The notes under the pieces are model-generated. The model saw nothing but the letters and a program-made list of their open reading frames with translations. It was not told where the DNA came from and made no database searches. A program made the position numbers and the translations under genes. A stretch of DNA of 64,000 bases from Octopus vulgaris. Lineage: Eukaryota. Numbering within the stretch: position 1 is the stretch's first letter; the number at the start of each line of letters is the position of its first letter. The stretch spans positions 16,430,001 to 16,494,000 of the forward strand of contig OX597834.1 of assembly GCA_951406725.2 (NCBI GenBank), read 5' to 3'. Below, one piece after another: positions 49,771 through 63,030 of this stretch.

Positions 49771-51506
49771 ATATCTGAGTCAAACTGTTAATAAAACACA
49801 CACACACGTGTGTGTGTGGTAAGAAGCTGGGTTCAGTCCCACTGCATGGCAACTGGAGTGAGTATCTTCTACTAGAGCCTCGGGCCGACCAAAGCCTTGT
49901 GAGTGGATTTGGTAGACAGAAACTGAAAGAAGCTCATTGTATATATATATATATGTGTGTGTGTATATATATATGTAGATATATCTATGTGTGTTTGTCT
50001 TTGTCTCTGTGTTTGTCCACCGTTGCTTGACAATCGATGTTGGCATGTTTACATCCCTGTAACTTAGTGGTTCGGCCTAAAAGACAAATAGAATAAGTAT
50101 CAGGGTTACAAAAAATAAGTCGTGGGTTTGATTTGTTCATCTAAAACCCTTTAAGGTGGTGCTCCAGCATGGCTGCTGTCGCGTGACTGAAACAAAAATA
50201 AAAGAATACACACACACATGTATGTGTGTATGTATATATATGTTTCTTTTATTCTATCATTTGTTTGTCATTTGACTGTGGCTATGCTGGAGCACTGCTT
50301 TTAGTCAAGCAAATTGACCCCAGGACTCATTCTTTGTAAGCCTAGTACTTATTCTATCATTCTCTTTTGCTGAACCGCAAAAGAGAATGTTGACTGGGGA
50401 CGTCAACATATCATCATTGGTTGTCAAGCGATGGTGTGTGTGTGGGGGGGGGACAAACACAGAAGCACAAACATATATACATATCTACCAAATCCACTCA
50501 CAAGGCTTTGGTAGAAGACACTTGCCCAAGGTGCCATGCAACAGGACTGAACCCGGAACCATGTGCTTGGTAAGCAATCTACTTACCACACAGTCACTCC
50601 TGTGCCTAATTATATATATATGTATAAATAATATTTTATAGGCTTAAAGCTTGTAAGTGATCACCGTGCATTGACTAAGGTAAATAGTCTAATATTGGGG
50701 CATATAAGCCCTCGACAGACAAAAAAGTAGGGTTTGCCATATGCATGGGACACGAACCCACATTTCTGTGTAATCGTGACTAGTGTGCTACCATTACACT
50801 AACGTACTCCTGTTTTCAGTCAGATTTAAGAACTATAAAAATTTACCATCATTTTTTTTCCATTTTTTGGCTATAACTCTCTAAAAATGCTTTATAGTTA
50901 TTTCCCTTACAAACCCGAGCAACGCCGGGCAATACTGCTAGTTATATATATATGTATAAATAATATTTTATAGGCTTAAAGCTTGTAAGTGATCACCGTG
51001 CATTGACTAAGGTAAATAGTCTAATATTGGGGCATACAAGCCCTCGACAGAAAAAAAGTAGGGTTTGCCATATGCATGGGACACGAACCCACATTTCTGT
51101 GTGATTGTGACTAGTGTGCTACCATTACACTAATGTACTCCTGTTTTCAGTCAGATTTAAGAACTATAATTTCAGTGTTGTTATCTTGTACACAAACTTT
51201 CTATGTGCATTTTAAGTAATTATTTGGTAAGTGGTGCCAAATTTTAAAATCTATAAATAATAATAAAAATATTTTATAAGCGATCACCGTGTAGTGACTT
51301 CAGTAAATAGTCTAATATTGGGGCATATAAACCCTTAACAGAAAAAAGTAGGGTTTGCCAGAGTTTATCTAAGTATTGACCATGTGACTCAAAGTGGACT
51401 TTGCTTTTTGGGAGTATTTTTTCTTTATATAACTAAGAGTACCTAGAAAAATTTTCTCCCAGCCCTTCTAGCACAGTCACCTGTCTGTCTGTCTGTCCCA
51501 TTGCAG

Positions 51507-51676
51507 AGATCGTGATAACACAGTGCGCTGCATTGTGTCCAGTTTAACTGAAGAAGGGGTCAACGAGCTTTCTGATGAATTGATCCGAGGTTTGCCTCAC
51601 ATTGTTGACGACAATGCTGCGAGTGATGATGAAGATTGGAACAAATGGATACCCGATCCAGTGGATGCTGATCCAA
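51507..51676 (+). CDS. ANAPC2: ANAPC2 exon
   Basis: DRDNTVRCIVSSLT...WIPDPVDADP; tgcag acceptor, gtaaga donor. Confidence 0.93.
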
Positions 51677-52438
51677 GTAAGACATCTTCATTATCGTCAT
51701 ATATTTTTACTTCCAATTTATCTTTTAGTTTTTGTTGCTTTTTCTTTTCTTTTTTTTTCTACCGGAGCCGTGTGGCGCTTAGGTGTTTCTCTCATAAACA
51801 CACACATTGCCCGGTCTGAGATTCGAACCCGTGATCCCTCGGTCGCAAGTCCGCTGTTCTAACCACTAGGCCATGTGCCTCCACATGGTAGATGTTGCTG
51901 GGTGGTAAAAATCTTGCTTCCCAACCATGCGGTCTTGGTTCAGTCCCAATGCATGGCACCTTCCTACTATAGTTCCAGATCAATCAAAGATTTGTGAGTG
52001 GATTTGGTAGTCAAAAACAGGAAGAAGCCTCTGTCTGTGTGTGTGTGTGTGTGTGTCCAACCCATTCCAGCATGGGAAACTTGTTAGATGATTGTATGTG
52101 TTTAGTTTACCCTTATCTAGACAAGAGTACACAAAGTACACACATGGTGATTGCTCCATCTTCACGGATGATTGGTTCTATTTTGGCTGCAAGTTTTATG
52201 TCAGAGTCTCTCTCTCCTAGAAGACCAGCCTTCCCCACGGCTTTATCATAAATCACCAGAGTCCCCTCTATCCCTAGGAAATCTGTTTAATCCATAGATA
52301 TATCAGGTGTAAAGGAATGCAAATTTATCATGCCTTATCATACCTGTTAATTAAGGTAGGAGTGCTAAAATTGTTGTTGCACTTCCACGGGAGCTGTGCA
52401 TCCTTGCTATGCCTACTGGATCGAGTGTTCTTTTAAAG

Positions 52439-52835
52439 CAGTGGCCTTCAACTAGGCCCCACATGACCCTTAGTGGGTCCGTATAAGATTTCGTTGTTAA
52501 AATTCATCTGCAATATATTGGTTATACTTCTGCAATACACCAAATGTTTCAATCAATTTTTTAATACAATTCCTATTGATATCTAATTATAGGAATTATA
52601 ACTGGATTTAGAGTAAAGTCTATTTGCCAACATAACATGGCAGTCCTGGTTTAGGACGAATATTGCTGTAATTTAGCCCCAGGAGACATCGTCTCCAGCT
52701 GACTATACAACACAATCTGTGTCCTTGTATTTTCAAACAAGGGCATTTAGCACAAGGGGAATGGCTATGGAGGTCCTCCTCTAGTGAAATGGAAATCAAA
52801 GGGGTCTATAGGCAAAAAATGGTTGAAAACTACTG
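52439..52835. mobile_element. hAT-like MITE
   Basis: CAGTGGCCTTCAAC ... GTTGAAAACTACTG, with an imperfect 8-bp flank TTTTAAAG/TTTTAGGG. Confidence 0.6.
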
Positions 52836-52957
52836 TTTTAGGGGGCTTCCTTTCTTCAACTCCATGTTAGAGTTATTGTTTAGTGAGAGGCCAGTGTGAC
52901 CGAATATTGGGAGATGACTTTTATTGGTTCTTCTCTTTTTCTGTCTTGTCAATGCAG

Positions 52958-53253
52958 CATCCATGTCGAAGGTGAGAAGAACGTCAGACATTATCAGCAT
53001 GCTGGTGAACATATATGGAAGCAAAGAACTGTTTGTAAATGAATACCGCAACCTGCTGGCCGACCGCATCCTCTCGCAGTTCAACTACGACACCGAACGT
53101 GAAATCCGGTACCTGGAACTGCTGAAGCTGCGATTCGGTGAATCCCAGCTCCACTACTGCGAGGTGATGCTGAAGGATGTCACAGACTCAAGACGTATCA
53201 ATGCCATCATAAAGGAAGATAAGAAGAAAGACGAGCCAGAAGAAAATGCGGAT
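52958..53253 (+). CDS. ANAPC2: ANAPC2 exon, cullin homology domain
   Basis: DIISMLVNIYGSKELFVNEYRNLLADRIL...ELLKLRFGESQLHYCEVMLKDVTDSRRIN; tgcag acceptor, gtaagt donor. Confidence 0.95.
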
Positions 53254-53704
53254 GTAAGTAGTCTGTCTGTGTGTCTCAGTTGTTGTTGTTGTTGTTGTTG
53301 TTGTTTAGGCCCAGTAGACACCTCAGTAAAGGCAATCCATCCATGACTATTCCATTTTTGATCTTTTTATGTGTTTCATTCATTGGACTGTGGACATGCT
53401 GGAGCACTGCTTTCAAAGGTTTTGGTCAAACAAATAGCCCCTGGTGCCTATGTTTTCTTATTTTAAGTCCGGTACTTACTTTGTTGGTCTCTTCTGCAAA
53501 TGCTAAGTTACAGGGATGTAAACAAACCAATACCAGTCATCAGGCTGCTGGGTGGGATGACAAACGGACACAATGACACACAAACACATAGACATCATTT
53601 AACATCAGTTTTCCATGCTGGCATGGGTTAGACATACGTACATACATATATTATACATTCAGGCATATATATATGTATGTGTGTATGTATATATATATAT
53701 AAAT

Positions 53705-53735
<31 letters not shown>

Positions 53736-54405
53736 CACACACCAGCAGAATGGTTTTTACGTCATTGTACATATAGTCTAGGACAGGCTATTCAATATTC
53801 CTCTGGTTTGGTTCAGGTACATGATATTGAGATTGCAAAACATCGATGACCATCACTCCTGATGACCATCACTCCAGGGTGAGTTGTCTGGACTTTCAGG
53901 TGTTTTAACAACCAGCGCTTTGAGAGAATGATCTCCACCATGCCAGTTTGTAGCCTTCTGGCAAACAACTAACATTCATACATTGAACAGTAATTGTCCA
54001 GTAATTTTTACAACACTGGCACTGCTTCTAATTCGCATGTATGCATGTATTCGAGTAAAATGCTGGTCCTCCATAAACAACCATGCCCAGATTTGTGCGT
54101 CAGAGGGGAACTTTCTAGGTGCAATCCCATGGCCATACATGACCTAAGGGGCCCTTTTATATACACACACACACAAAATAGGCTGCCACAGTTTCTGTCT
54201 TCCATATCCACTCATAAGATATTGGTTAGCCAGGGGCTATAGTGATGCACAACAGGACTGAACCTAGAACCACTTCGTTACAAAGCAAGCTTCTTAACCA
54301 CAAAACCATTCCTGCACCTGTAATGGAAGTTTTTAGTATAAAGTAGCATTTTATGAGCTGCTACCAAATCAGTTGATTTCTTTTGGTTTTTTTCTGTTTT
54401 TGTAG

Positions 54406-54568
54406 GATATTGAAATCAATGCCATGATTCTGTCTGCTCAGTGTTGGCCGACATTCAGAGAAGAGAAACTCAACTTGCCTGAAAATATGCAGACTTGTTT
54501 GGAGAACTACACCAAAAAGTTCGAATCCAGGAAAGGAAATCGCACGTTGATATGGAAACCCCATTTAG
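54406..54568 (+). CDS. ANAPC2: ANAPC2 exon, cullin homology domain
   Basis: DIEINAMILSAQCWPTF...KGNRTLIWKPHLG; tgtag acceptor, gtaaat donor. Confidence 0.93.
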
Positions 54569-55278
54569 GTAAATATGTCACAAAACTCTGTTTCGGTGGA
54601 ATTAGTACATTTTGGGGGTTTTGTTTTTTTGATCCATGACACAGTAGCATGAAGTGGTGGTGGGGGCAGGATGCATGGCAGCAGTCTTCTCCCAGTGACA
54701 CTTTTCTGAGGTGGGTGGTGCATGGGGGCAGTCTTCCCCAAGTGACACTTTTATGAGATGGGTGGCACCTTTGGGCCAGCTGTATTACCTTGCATTTTTG
54801 TGGCAGAGTAGGGTGGGTGGGGCAAACTGAAGGGCTGCCCCAGGCGGCACACACAGTAGCTATGCCACTACCATGACACCTTTTGAGTCTCCAAGACTGA
54901 TAATAAAATATGGCAAGAAACCATGATTTTTTTATGACATCCATTCTAATGTCCCTACTCCTCCTCCTTATCATTTTAAAGTCAACTTTTCCAGGATTAA
55001 ATGGATGGGATGGGTTTGCTATACAGTTTCTACTTGTTTGTGGCCATGCTGGGGCACTGCTGTTTATGTTGGGACACTGCCATTGAATATACAGCATGTT
55101 TAGTTATGTTTAGTTATGTTTCTCTGTTTCTATTTTCTCTTTCTTTCTCTCTCTGTCCCTCTTTGCTATCTCCTCTCTCTATCCCTCTTCTTTGCTATCT
55201 TCTCTCTATCTCCCCCTTTCCTTTGCTATCTCTTCTCCCTCTCACATACCTCACCCTAGTCTCTCCTTATACACACAG

Positions 55279-55374
55279 GTCTGGTCAACATCGACATTGA
55301 ACTAAAAGAGAGAGTCCTCAACCTGAATGTCTCACCTGTACATGCAGCTATCATAATGCAGTTTCAAAATAAAG
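55279..55374 (+). CDS. ANAPC2: ANAPC2 exon
   Basis: GLVNIDIELKERVLNLNVSPVHAAIIMQFQNK; cacag acceptor, gtaagc donor. Confidence 0.92.
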
Positions 55375-55729
55375 GTAAGCATTAATTACTCGTACAGTTT
55401 ACCTGTACCCCTACATCATCTTTAACAGACTATCCTGCGATGTTGTTTAGCCCCAGGTCAACTTTGATCAAACAGATCTATGATCCAAAACATTCCACTC
55501 ATGACCATCTCTTCTTTTATTCAGATATAGAGTATCAAGACCGGTGGTTCTCAACCGTTTTTTACCTATGGACCCTGTTGGTTCTTAGTTTACTCTGGTG
55601 GACCTCTATAACCATTCAGTGTTTTAAAAAGTCCTATCATATTTTTATAATGAAATATTATTAGCAAACTGAGACTTTTTGCTTTTATTTTATTTTAACT
55701 TCTGTTTTTTTCTCTCTCTTTCTCTTTAG

Positions 55730-55959
55730 ACCAGTGGACAGTTGAAGAGCTGAGCAGTGTACTACAGATCCCGGCCACTGCCCTGCGAAGAAAAATCGCA
55801 TATTGGCAGAGCCAAGGCTTGCTTAAAGAAGAAGCCACCGACACTTTCCTCCTCGTTGAAGAGCAACGAGCTAACTCTGATGATATTATGCTTGCTGATG
55901 AAGAAGAGACAGAATCTGCCATGGCATCGATGAGGGCTCAAATGGAAGAGCAAATGCAG
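55730..55959 (+). CDS. ANAPC2: ANAPC2 exon
   Basis: QWTVEELSSVLQIPATALRRKIAYWQSQGLL...ESAMAS...EEQMQ; tttag acceptor, gtcagt donor. Confidence 0.93.
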
Positions 55960-55973
55960 GTCAGTAGATGTAT

Positions 55974-56375
55974 ACTCTTACTCTTTACTCCTTTACATGT
56001 TTCAGTCATTTGACTGCGGCCATGCTGGAGCACCGCTTTTAGTCGAGCAAATCGACCCCGGGACTTATTCTTTGTAAGCCCAGTACTTATTCTATCGGTC
56101 TCCTTTGCCGAAAAGCTAAGCGACGGGGTTGTAAACACACCAGCATCGGTTGTCAAGCAATGCTAGGGGGACAAACACACACACACATACATATATATAT
56201 ATACATATATACGACAGGCTTCTTTCAGTTTCCGTCTACCAAATCCACTCACAAGGCATTGGTCGGCCCGAGGCTATAGCAGAAGACACTTGCCCAAGAT
56301 GCCACGCAGTAGGACTGAACCCGGAACCATGTGGCTGGTTAGCAAGCTATTTACCACACAGCCACTCCTGCACCT
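55974..56375 (-). mobile_element. SINE family A (young subfamily)
   Basis: Full-length reverse copy 15 nt after an ANAPC2 donor; similar reverse copies at ~45905-46278 and ~60369-60740. Confidence 0.85.
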
Positions 56376-56667
56376 ATAAGATGTTTGGAATCAAATTTCA
56401 TTTTTTTTATAGCAATAGCGAGTTGGCAGAATCATTAGCACGCGAGACAAAACGTTCTTTAAGTTCTGAGTTCAAATTCTGCCGGGTCAACTTTGTCTTT
56501 CGTTCTTTCGGGGTCAATAAATTAAGTACTAGTGAAACACAGGTGTCGATGTAATTAACTAATCCCTTCCCCCAAATTTCAGGGGAAAAATATTTTGCAG
56601 GGATTGTTTTAACTGTTCATGTTCTGAGTTCAAATCCTGCCAAAGTCACATAACACCACTTGTCCTC

Positions 56668-56960
56668 TACACACATATGCACACACACTCGCACACATGT
56701 GCACACATGCATGCACACTCGCGCACACACTCGCACACATGCACACACACTCGCACACATGCACAACACTCGCACATATGCACACACACACACTCGCACA
56801 CATATGCACACACACTCATACACATATGCGCACACATATGCACACACACTCGCACACATATGCACGTACACACGCACACATGCACACACTCGCACACATA
56901 TGCACACACACTCGCACATATGCACACACACTCGCACACATGCACACCTGCTCGCACACA
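56668..56960. repeat. CA-derived minisatellite (~20-bp CACACACTCGCACACATATG)
   Basis: Seen directly. Confidence 0.9.
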
Positions 56961-57037
56961 GATACCCACACACTCACTACATAGCAGTGATATCTGTATG
57001 ATTTAGTCATATACATCCACACTTCTGTTTTCTACAG

Positions 57038-57244
57038 GTTTTCTGGACGTACATTGTCGGCATGTTGACCAATCTGGAAAGTCTCCCCATCGAGAGGATC
57101 CACTCGATGCTGCGCATGTTTGCCGTCCAAGGTCCTTCTTCTGTGGAATGCAGTCTGGCTGAACTGAAGGCCTTCCTTGACAAGAAAGTGAAAGACCAAA
57201 AACTGATCTACACATCGGGCGTGTATCGTTTATCACATAGTTGA
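57038..57244 (+). CDS. ANAPC2: ANAPC2 last coding exon, WHB domain
   Basis: VFWTYIVGMLTNLESLPIERIHSMLRMF...GVYRLSHS*; ctacag acceptor, TGA stop. Confidence 0.95.
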   Translation, partial: VFWTYIVGMLTNLESLPIERIHSMLRMFAVQGPSSVECSLAELKAFLDKKVKDQKLIYTSGVYRLSHS

Positions 57245-58074
57245 GCTACACCTCCCATCTGTTCTTCTTCTTGTTCTTGTTGTTGTCATTGTTTTGGTGC
57301 AGTTTACACCTCCTCCAACTTCTGCCACTTCAATGACATTTACTACTGTCATGTATGAGGAGGTCCTGAAAAGTTCCTGGTTTTGTGTTAAAAGAAAATA
57401 CAGGAGGATCAGTTAATTATGATTTTATTCAACATATCCCCCCTCTCAGATTCACAATTGCAGCGGCCCTTCAGTTTTTCTGAGCCCTGTAAAAGAACTC
57501 GGAAGGTTGGGCCTCTGACCAGGCCTTTCGCAATACCCTTAAAGCTAGGAACTTTTCAACACCCCCCCCCCCTCGCAATCATCGTCATTATTTTAATACC
57601 CATTTTTCCTTATGTCCAATGGTCAGATGGAATTTGCTGGGTCAGATTTTCTACAGCTGGATGCCCTTCCTGTCATCAAACCTCGCTCATTTCCGAGTAA
57701 GGTAATATTTCTCCAGTCCTTTTGTGATACCCTTAAAGCCAGGAACTTTTCAGCAGCCCCTCGTAACTGAACTTCACTCTTCTTATTGTCACCTTGGTGA
57801 TCTTTCCTCTTCCTATTGTCAACTTAAGTCTTTAGCATTTAAACTGGCCATATCCTGCCAAGCTATTCTACCTACCTTTTATAAGTTTGTAATGACAAGA
57901 TCTAGCCTCTCAAACCTACCCTACAAAGTCATTCTAAAAATATACAATCACATCATTGAAATTTTGTGGCTATGGAGTAATGCAGGATTAATTCCAAACA
58001 ATGTTAATAAATAAGGATTACAGTAGACAGAGAAATCTGAATGCTAAGGGATTAATGGAGGCTTATTGTCATAT

Positions 58075-58560
58075 TACTGAACTTCACTCTTCTTAATCTC
58101 ACCATGGAGAAGTCTCTTTATATTGTCACCTTGGTGATATTTCCTCCCTGTATTCTCACCTTGGTAAAGTTTAATCTCCACTACACTGATATCTTGGTGG
58201 AAGTCTGCTTCTGTTATCATCACGGTGGAGGTGACCTTCTCCATTGTCACCTCGATGGGGCTTACTCTTCGTATTACCATCTTGGAGGAGTTCACCTTTC
58301 ATATTGTCTCCTTGATGAAACAATCTCTGTCACACTGCCATCTTGGTGGAAGTCTGCTTCTGTTATCAACACGGTGGAGGTGACCTTCTCCATTATCACC
58401 TTGATGGAGCTTACTCTTCGTACTGCCATCTTGGAGGAGTTCACCTTTCATAGTGTCTCCTTGATGAAACAATCTCTGTCACACTGCCATCTTGGTGGAG
58501 GTCTCCTTGATGAAACAATCTCTGTCATCTGCCATCTTGGTGGAGGTCTGCTTCTGTTGT
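58075..58560. repeat. Hierarchical tandem repeat (~27-30-bp subunits, ~148-bp higher-order duplication)
   Basis: 58190-58337 is repeated at 58338-58485; CCATCTTGGTGGA(A/G)GT recurs. Confidence 0.8.
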
Positions 58561-60739
58561 CAACTCTTGATAGAGAATTACCATTCTCTATCATCACTCT
58601 GGGGAAATTTACATATTGTCCACTCCACAGGGTGGTTGGTGTTAGGATGGGCATCCACCTGTAAAAACCCTGCCAAAACAGACACAGTAGCCTGGGGTGG
58701 TCGTCTACCTGGCTGGATCCTGTCAACCATCCTACTCATGCATGCATGAAGTTGGACATTAAACGATGATGAAGATTGTCTTCTAAGAGAAACTTAACCG
58801 TTTAACATTTTACCCAGCCATACCGGAACCAAATATTCTATTTGGTTTTTGTTCAAACCATCCAGATCTAATCTCTTACAGCAACCTTACAATGTCATTC
58901 TAAAAATAAACATTTCATCATCATCATCATCATCATTGTCGTTTAACGTCCGCTTTCCATGCTGGCATGGGTTGGACGGTTTGACTGAGGCCTGGCAAGC
59001 TTGAAGTCTGTACCAGGCTCCAATCTGATCTGGCAAAGTTTCTACAGCTGGGTGACCTTCTTAACGCCAACCACTCCAAAAGTGTAGTGGGTGCTTTTTA
59101 CATGCCACCAGCATGAGGGCCAGTCAGGCAGTACTGGCATTGACCACATTTGAATGGTGCTTTTTAAGTGCCACCGGCATGGGAGACAATCAGACAGCAC
59201 TGGCAACAACCACGCTCGAATGGTACTTTTTACATGCCACTGGCACAGGAGCCAGTCAGACAGCACTGGCAGTGACCACGTTCGAATGGTGCTTTTTACA
59301 TACCACTGGCATCATCAAAATCTCAAAGCTATAAGATACTTCAAGATTAATTCAAAACGATGCAAATAAAAAAAACATATTTAATAGTCATCTGAATGCT
59401 AAAGGCTTAACTTGCATTATCATTCCCATGGAATTAAATTTTCTCTATTGTTGCTTTGGTGGATTCTACACCTTCAACAACAGCATCTTGGGAAATGGTA
59501 TTTCTCATTGTTTCTTGTAATTTAATCCTTCCCTGGTTTCCAGTGGGAGTCGAGACATCTAGCAGCAGTACCTTGAAGGAGAATCTACCCATCTACTGCC
59601 ACTCCACTGATGGCATCTTAGTTGAGTTTACTGCACAGTTTTTGGAGGAGGAGTCTTGTCTCTCAGCTCTGTAAATAAAATGTCATTTAGACCAACTTTG
59701 CATCACTCATTGTGGTGTTGTCATTTAACTGTGCTGGTCTTGTTCACCATATTTGTTCTGTAAATTATTAAAGGAAATATATTTTTTATTTAAGAAACAA
59801 ACTCCTTAAAATTTCTGCTTGTTTTGTTGTTATTTCTGTTTTCGTTTTGTACAGTTATTGTTTAATGCTGAAATCCTTGTCATTCATTTAGCATCATAAT
59901 CTCCATGCTAGCATGAGTTGGACAAGTTTTCTGACTGGATGCTCTTCCTGTTGGTCACCTCTCAAACATACAGAAACACATTTGTGTTGATTTTTTTTTT
60001 TTAATGGAAGAACTATGTCTGTCTGTCTGTATGTGTGTGTGGGTTAAGAAGTTTGCTTCCCAAACACATATTTTCAGGTTCAGTGCCACTACATTGTACC
60101 TTGGGTAAGCATCTTCAGCTATAGCCCTAGGATGACTAAAGCTTTGTGAGTGGATTTAGTCAACAGAAACTGAAAAAAATCTCATTGTGTGTATGTGTGT
60201 GTCATCATCATTTAATGTCTGCTTTCCATGCTGGCATGGGTTGGACGGTTTGGCTGAGGACTGGTGAGCCAGAGGCCACACCAGGCTCTAATCTGATCTG
60301 GCAAAGTTTCTACAGCTGGATGCCCTTCCTAATGCCAACCACTCTGAGATTGTAGTGTATTTATATATACTCTTTTACTTGTTTCAGTCATTTGACTGTG
60401 GCCATGCTGGAGCACCGCCTTTAATCGAGCAACTCGACCCCGGGACTTATTCTTTTTGCAAGCCCAGTACTTATTCTATCGGTCTCTTTTGCCAAACCGC
60501 TAAGTAACGGGGACATAAACACACCAGCATCAGTTGTCAAGCAATGCTAGGGGGACAAACACAGACACACAAACACACACATATATATATATATACATAT
60601 ATACGACAGGCTTCTTTCAGTTTCCGTCTACCAAATCCACTCACAAGGCTTTGGTCGGCCCGAGGCTATAGTAGAAGACACTTGCCCGGAACCATGTGGT
60701 TGGTAAACAAGCTACTTACCACACAGCCACTCCTGCGCC

Positions 60740-60774
<35 letters not shown>

Positions 60775-62039
60775 ATATGTTTTATTGTGATCTTTAAGTG
60801 TCATTACTACTAAATTACTCAATCACACTTGAAACGTTCTAAGGACTCCCCACTTTCCATCTTCAAATGTAGGCCATCGTAACAGAGGGTGTCAGGTACT
60901 AAGTGACGTATCTGTGAACTGTATATGTGCCAGTGCATGATTAGTTTGGTAAGTGCCAATTCATGAAGCTCTTGGTCCTTGGGTCACTCTGTTACTTACG
61001 TGTGTCTCCTTGTCTTGACTGTGTGTGACTGATGTTCTGCAAAAACTTGTCCAGCTATAGGACTCTACTTGGAAACTGGAGAGGATTGGTAATAGGAAAG
61101 GTATCCAGCCATAGAAAATCTATCCCAAATAAACTCCATCTGATTCATGCAAGCATGGAAAAGTGGATGTTAAAACGATGAAACAGCAATGATGATATAT
61201 GTACATTTTTGATTTTTCTAATTTCAGATTGCTTTATTAAAACCAGGTCTAAGCATAATAGCTTATAGACATACTCTGAATGTAGTTCCATATAAATCTT
61301 TAATAATTTTTGTATACTTAAGACTATCAGTAATGTTAAGATATCAGCCTCTACCCACATTGTCATGCTTTGATTAAAAGGTTACAGCATAGATTAGATT
61401 GCTTAGGTAAGTTTCGGCCAAAGTTGACTCAGGCCATGTCTAATTTAATAGCACCACCTGGAAGAGATACACAGTTGGCTCTGGCGAACTGTTGCCCATT
61501 CAAGCAGAGGGTTATTGTTTTCAGAGACATATCTGGGTGTGGGTGGTTGTATATATGGTATTTATTTGTTGGGGGGTAATCATCTAGGGATCGTTTGAAT
61601 GCCATAAAGTCACTTTGCTCCATTATGTGTGTCTGGCACAATATTGAAGAGAGCAGGGTCAATTGAGGTGAAATAGTTCTGTCATAATGTTGTGATACGG
61701 CACAAACATTTCTGTAGTGGACAGATGGCATGGGGGCCAAGCCTCAGACGAATTTTAAAGATGAGCAATGTTGATGGAATATTTTCCACATCATACAGAT
61801 GATATAGAGCTCACAGCGGCGGTGGAGGGAGCAAAGCCTGAGCTTTTTGAGTCGAACCCAGTGGTCAAGGCTTGTCATGTCATCCCCCGCAGACCTCTGC
61901 CAAGCAGCTCATTTTAAGATAGATACGCAACTTTAAAAACAACAACACCACCATAGGTTACGTGGAAACGATGAACGTGTTTTCGAGGGAGATAATCAAA
62001 GAACGTAACATTGAAATACTTCATGTAAAATAAATATAA

Positions 62040-62243
62040 CAAATGGAAAATCCTTCAAGAATCCACAAAAATTCAAGGATCACTACCAAAATTTCATCAT
62101 CTGTTCCTTGTGTCATTACCAACTTTTCCTGCAAGTTTCATCAAATATCGTTCACAACTTTTTGAGTTGTTTTGCACACAGACGGACAGACAGACAAACC
62201 AACGCCGATGAAAATATAACCTCCTTCCTTGGCGGAGGTAATA
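62040..62243 (-). mobile_element. HINE/DINE-1-like (Helentron-associated) element
   Basis: TTATTACCTCCGCCAAGGAAGGAGGTTAT short hairpin plus (GTCT)n, then ATGAAACTT. A related 3' part is at ~18365-18645. Confidence 0.55.
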
Positions 62244-62819
62244 AAGAAGTGAAACAGAGTCTGTGTGTGTGACTTATTAGTATAACGATCCTCCCAAGAC
62301 ACAACAGGCTCTGACTGTAGGTGTATCCGTTAATGGTTGAAATGGGGCTAAACAACATCAGAACTGGTTCATCCAGTGACATTTCAGCTAAATGAGTCAA
62401 GGGACACGATGAAGTTCTTGAAGAAATTTAGTTCAGATTTTAGTTTAGTTAAGTCTTTTTCAGTCATTTCATTGTTTTATTGTTCTGAACTGACGTAGTT
62501 TGGTAGAACATTAAATCTGAAGCAGCGCTTATGTTATGCAGAGAATGGCCATTTTACAAACAAACTGGAATTTAAAAACTTTGCTTATCAGTAGAGAAAC
62601 CAAAAAGAAAGGAAAAAGTTATACTAAAATTGGGAAAAATATAAAAAAGACGAAAGAAAATAAAAATAAGAATTCCAGTTCAAAAGATTTTTTACATAAA
62701 AGAGAAAAAAAAGGAATTGAGAAGAAAATAGAGAACGAATAACAATGGTTGTGGTGGAGTGGAATAAAGTAGAAAAAAAATGCAGAAAATATACACATTA
62801 ACACACATATCTCTTCTCT

Positions 62820-62995
62820 CTTTATACACACATATATCTACACATACATATATATATACACAAACACATATACATATATATATACACATATACATATATA
62901 TACACACATATACATATATATACACACATACGCATATATATATATATATATATATCCACACACATATCCATACATATATATATACACACACACAC

Positions 62996-63030
<35 letters not shown>

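Larger units (their letters stand above)
40244..57244 (+). other. ANAPC2: ANAPC2 gene span (start to stop codon); 11 coding exons found, one expected exon absent
   Basis: GT-AG exons with consistent phases except across 42552/47361. Found CDS totals 2231 nt, so a further 3n+1 nt is needed. Confidence 0.93.

Noticed and set aside
58104-58664. 186-aa ORF
   Set aside because: Translation of the tandem repeat downstream of the ANAPC2 stop; no domain.
6194-60813. Recurrent ORFs such as RQASFSFRLPNPLTR..., MLAWVG...LDALPNANH
   Set aside because: Chance open frames in SINE/family D copies; no protein-family motif, and frames vary between copies.
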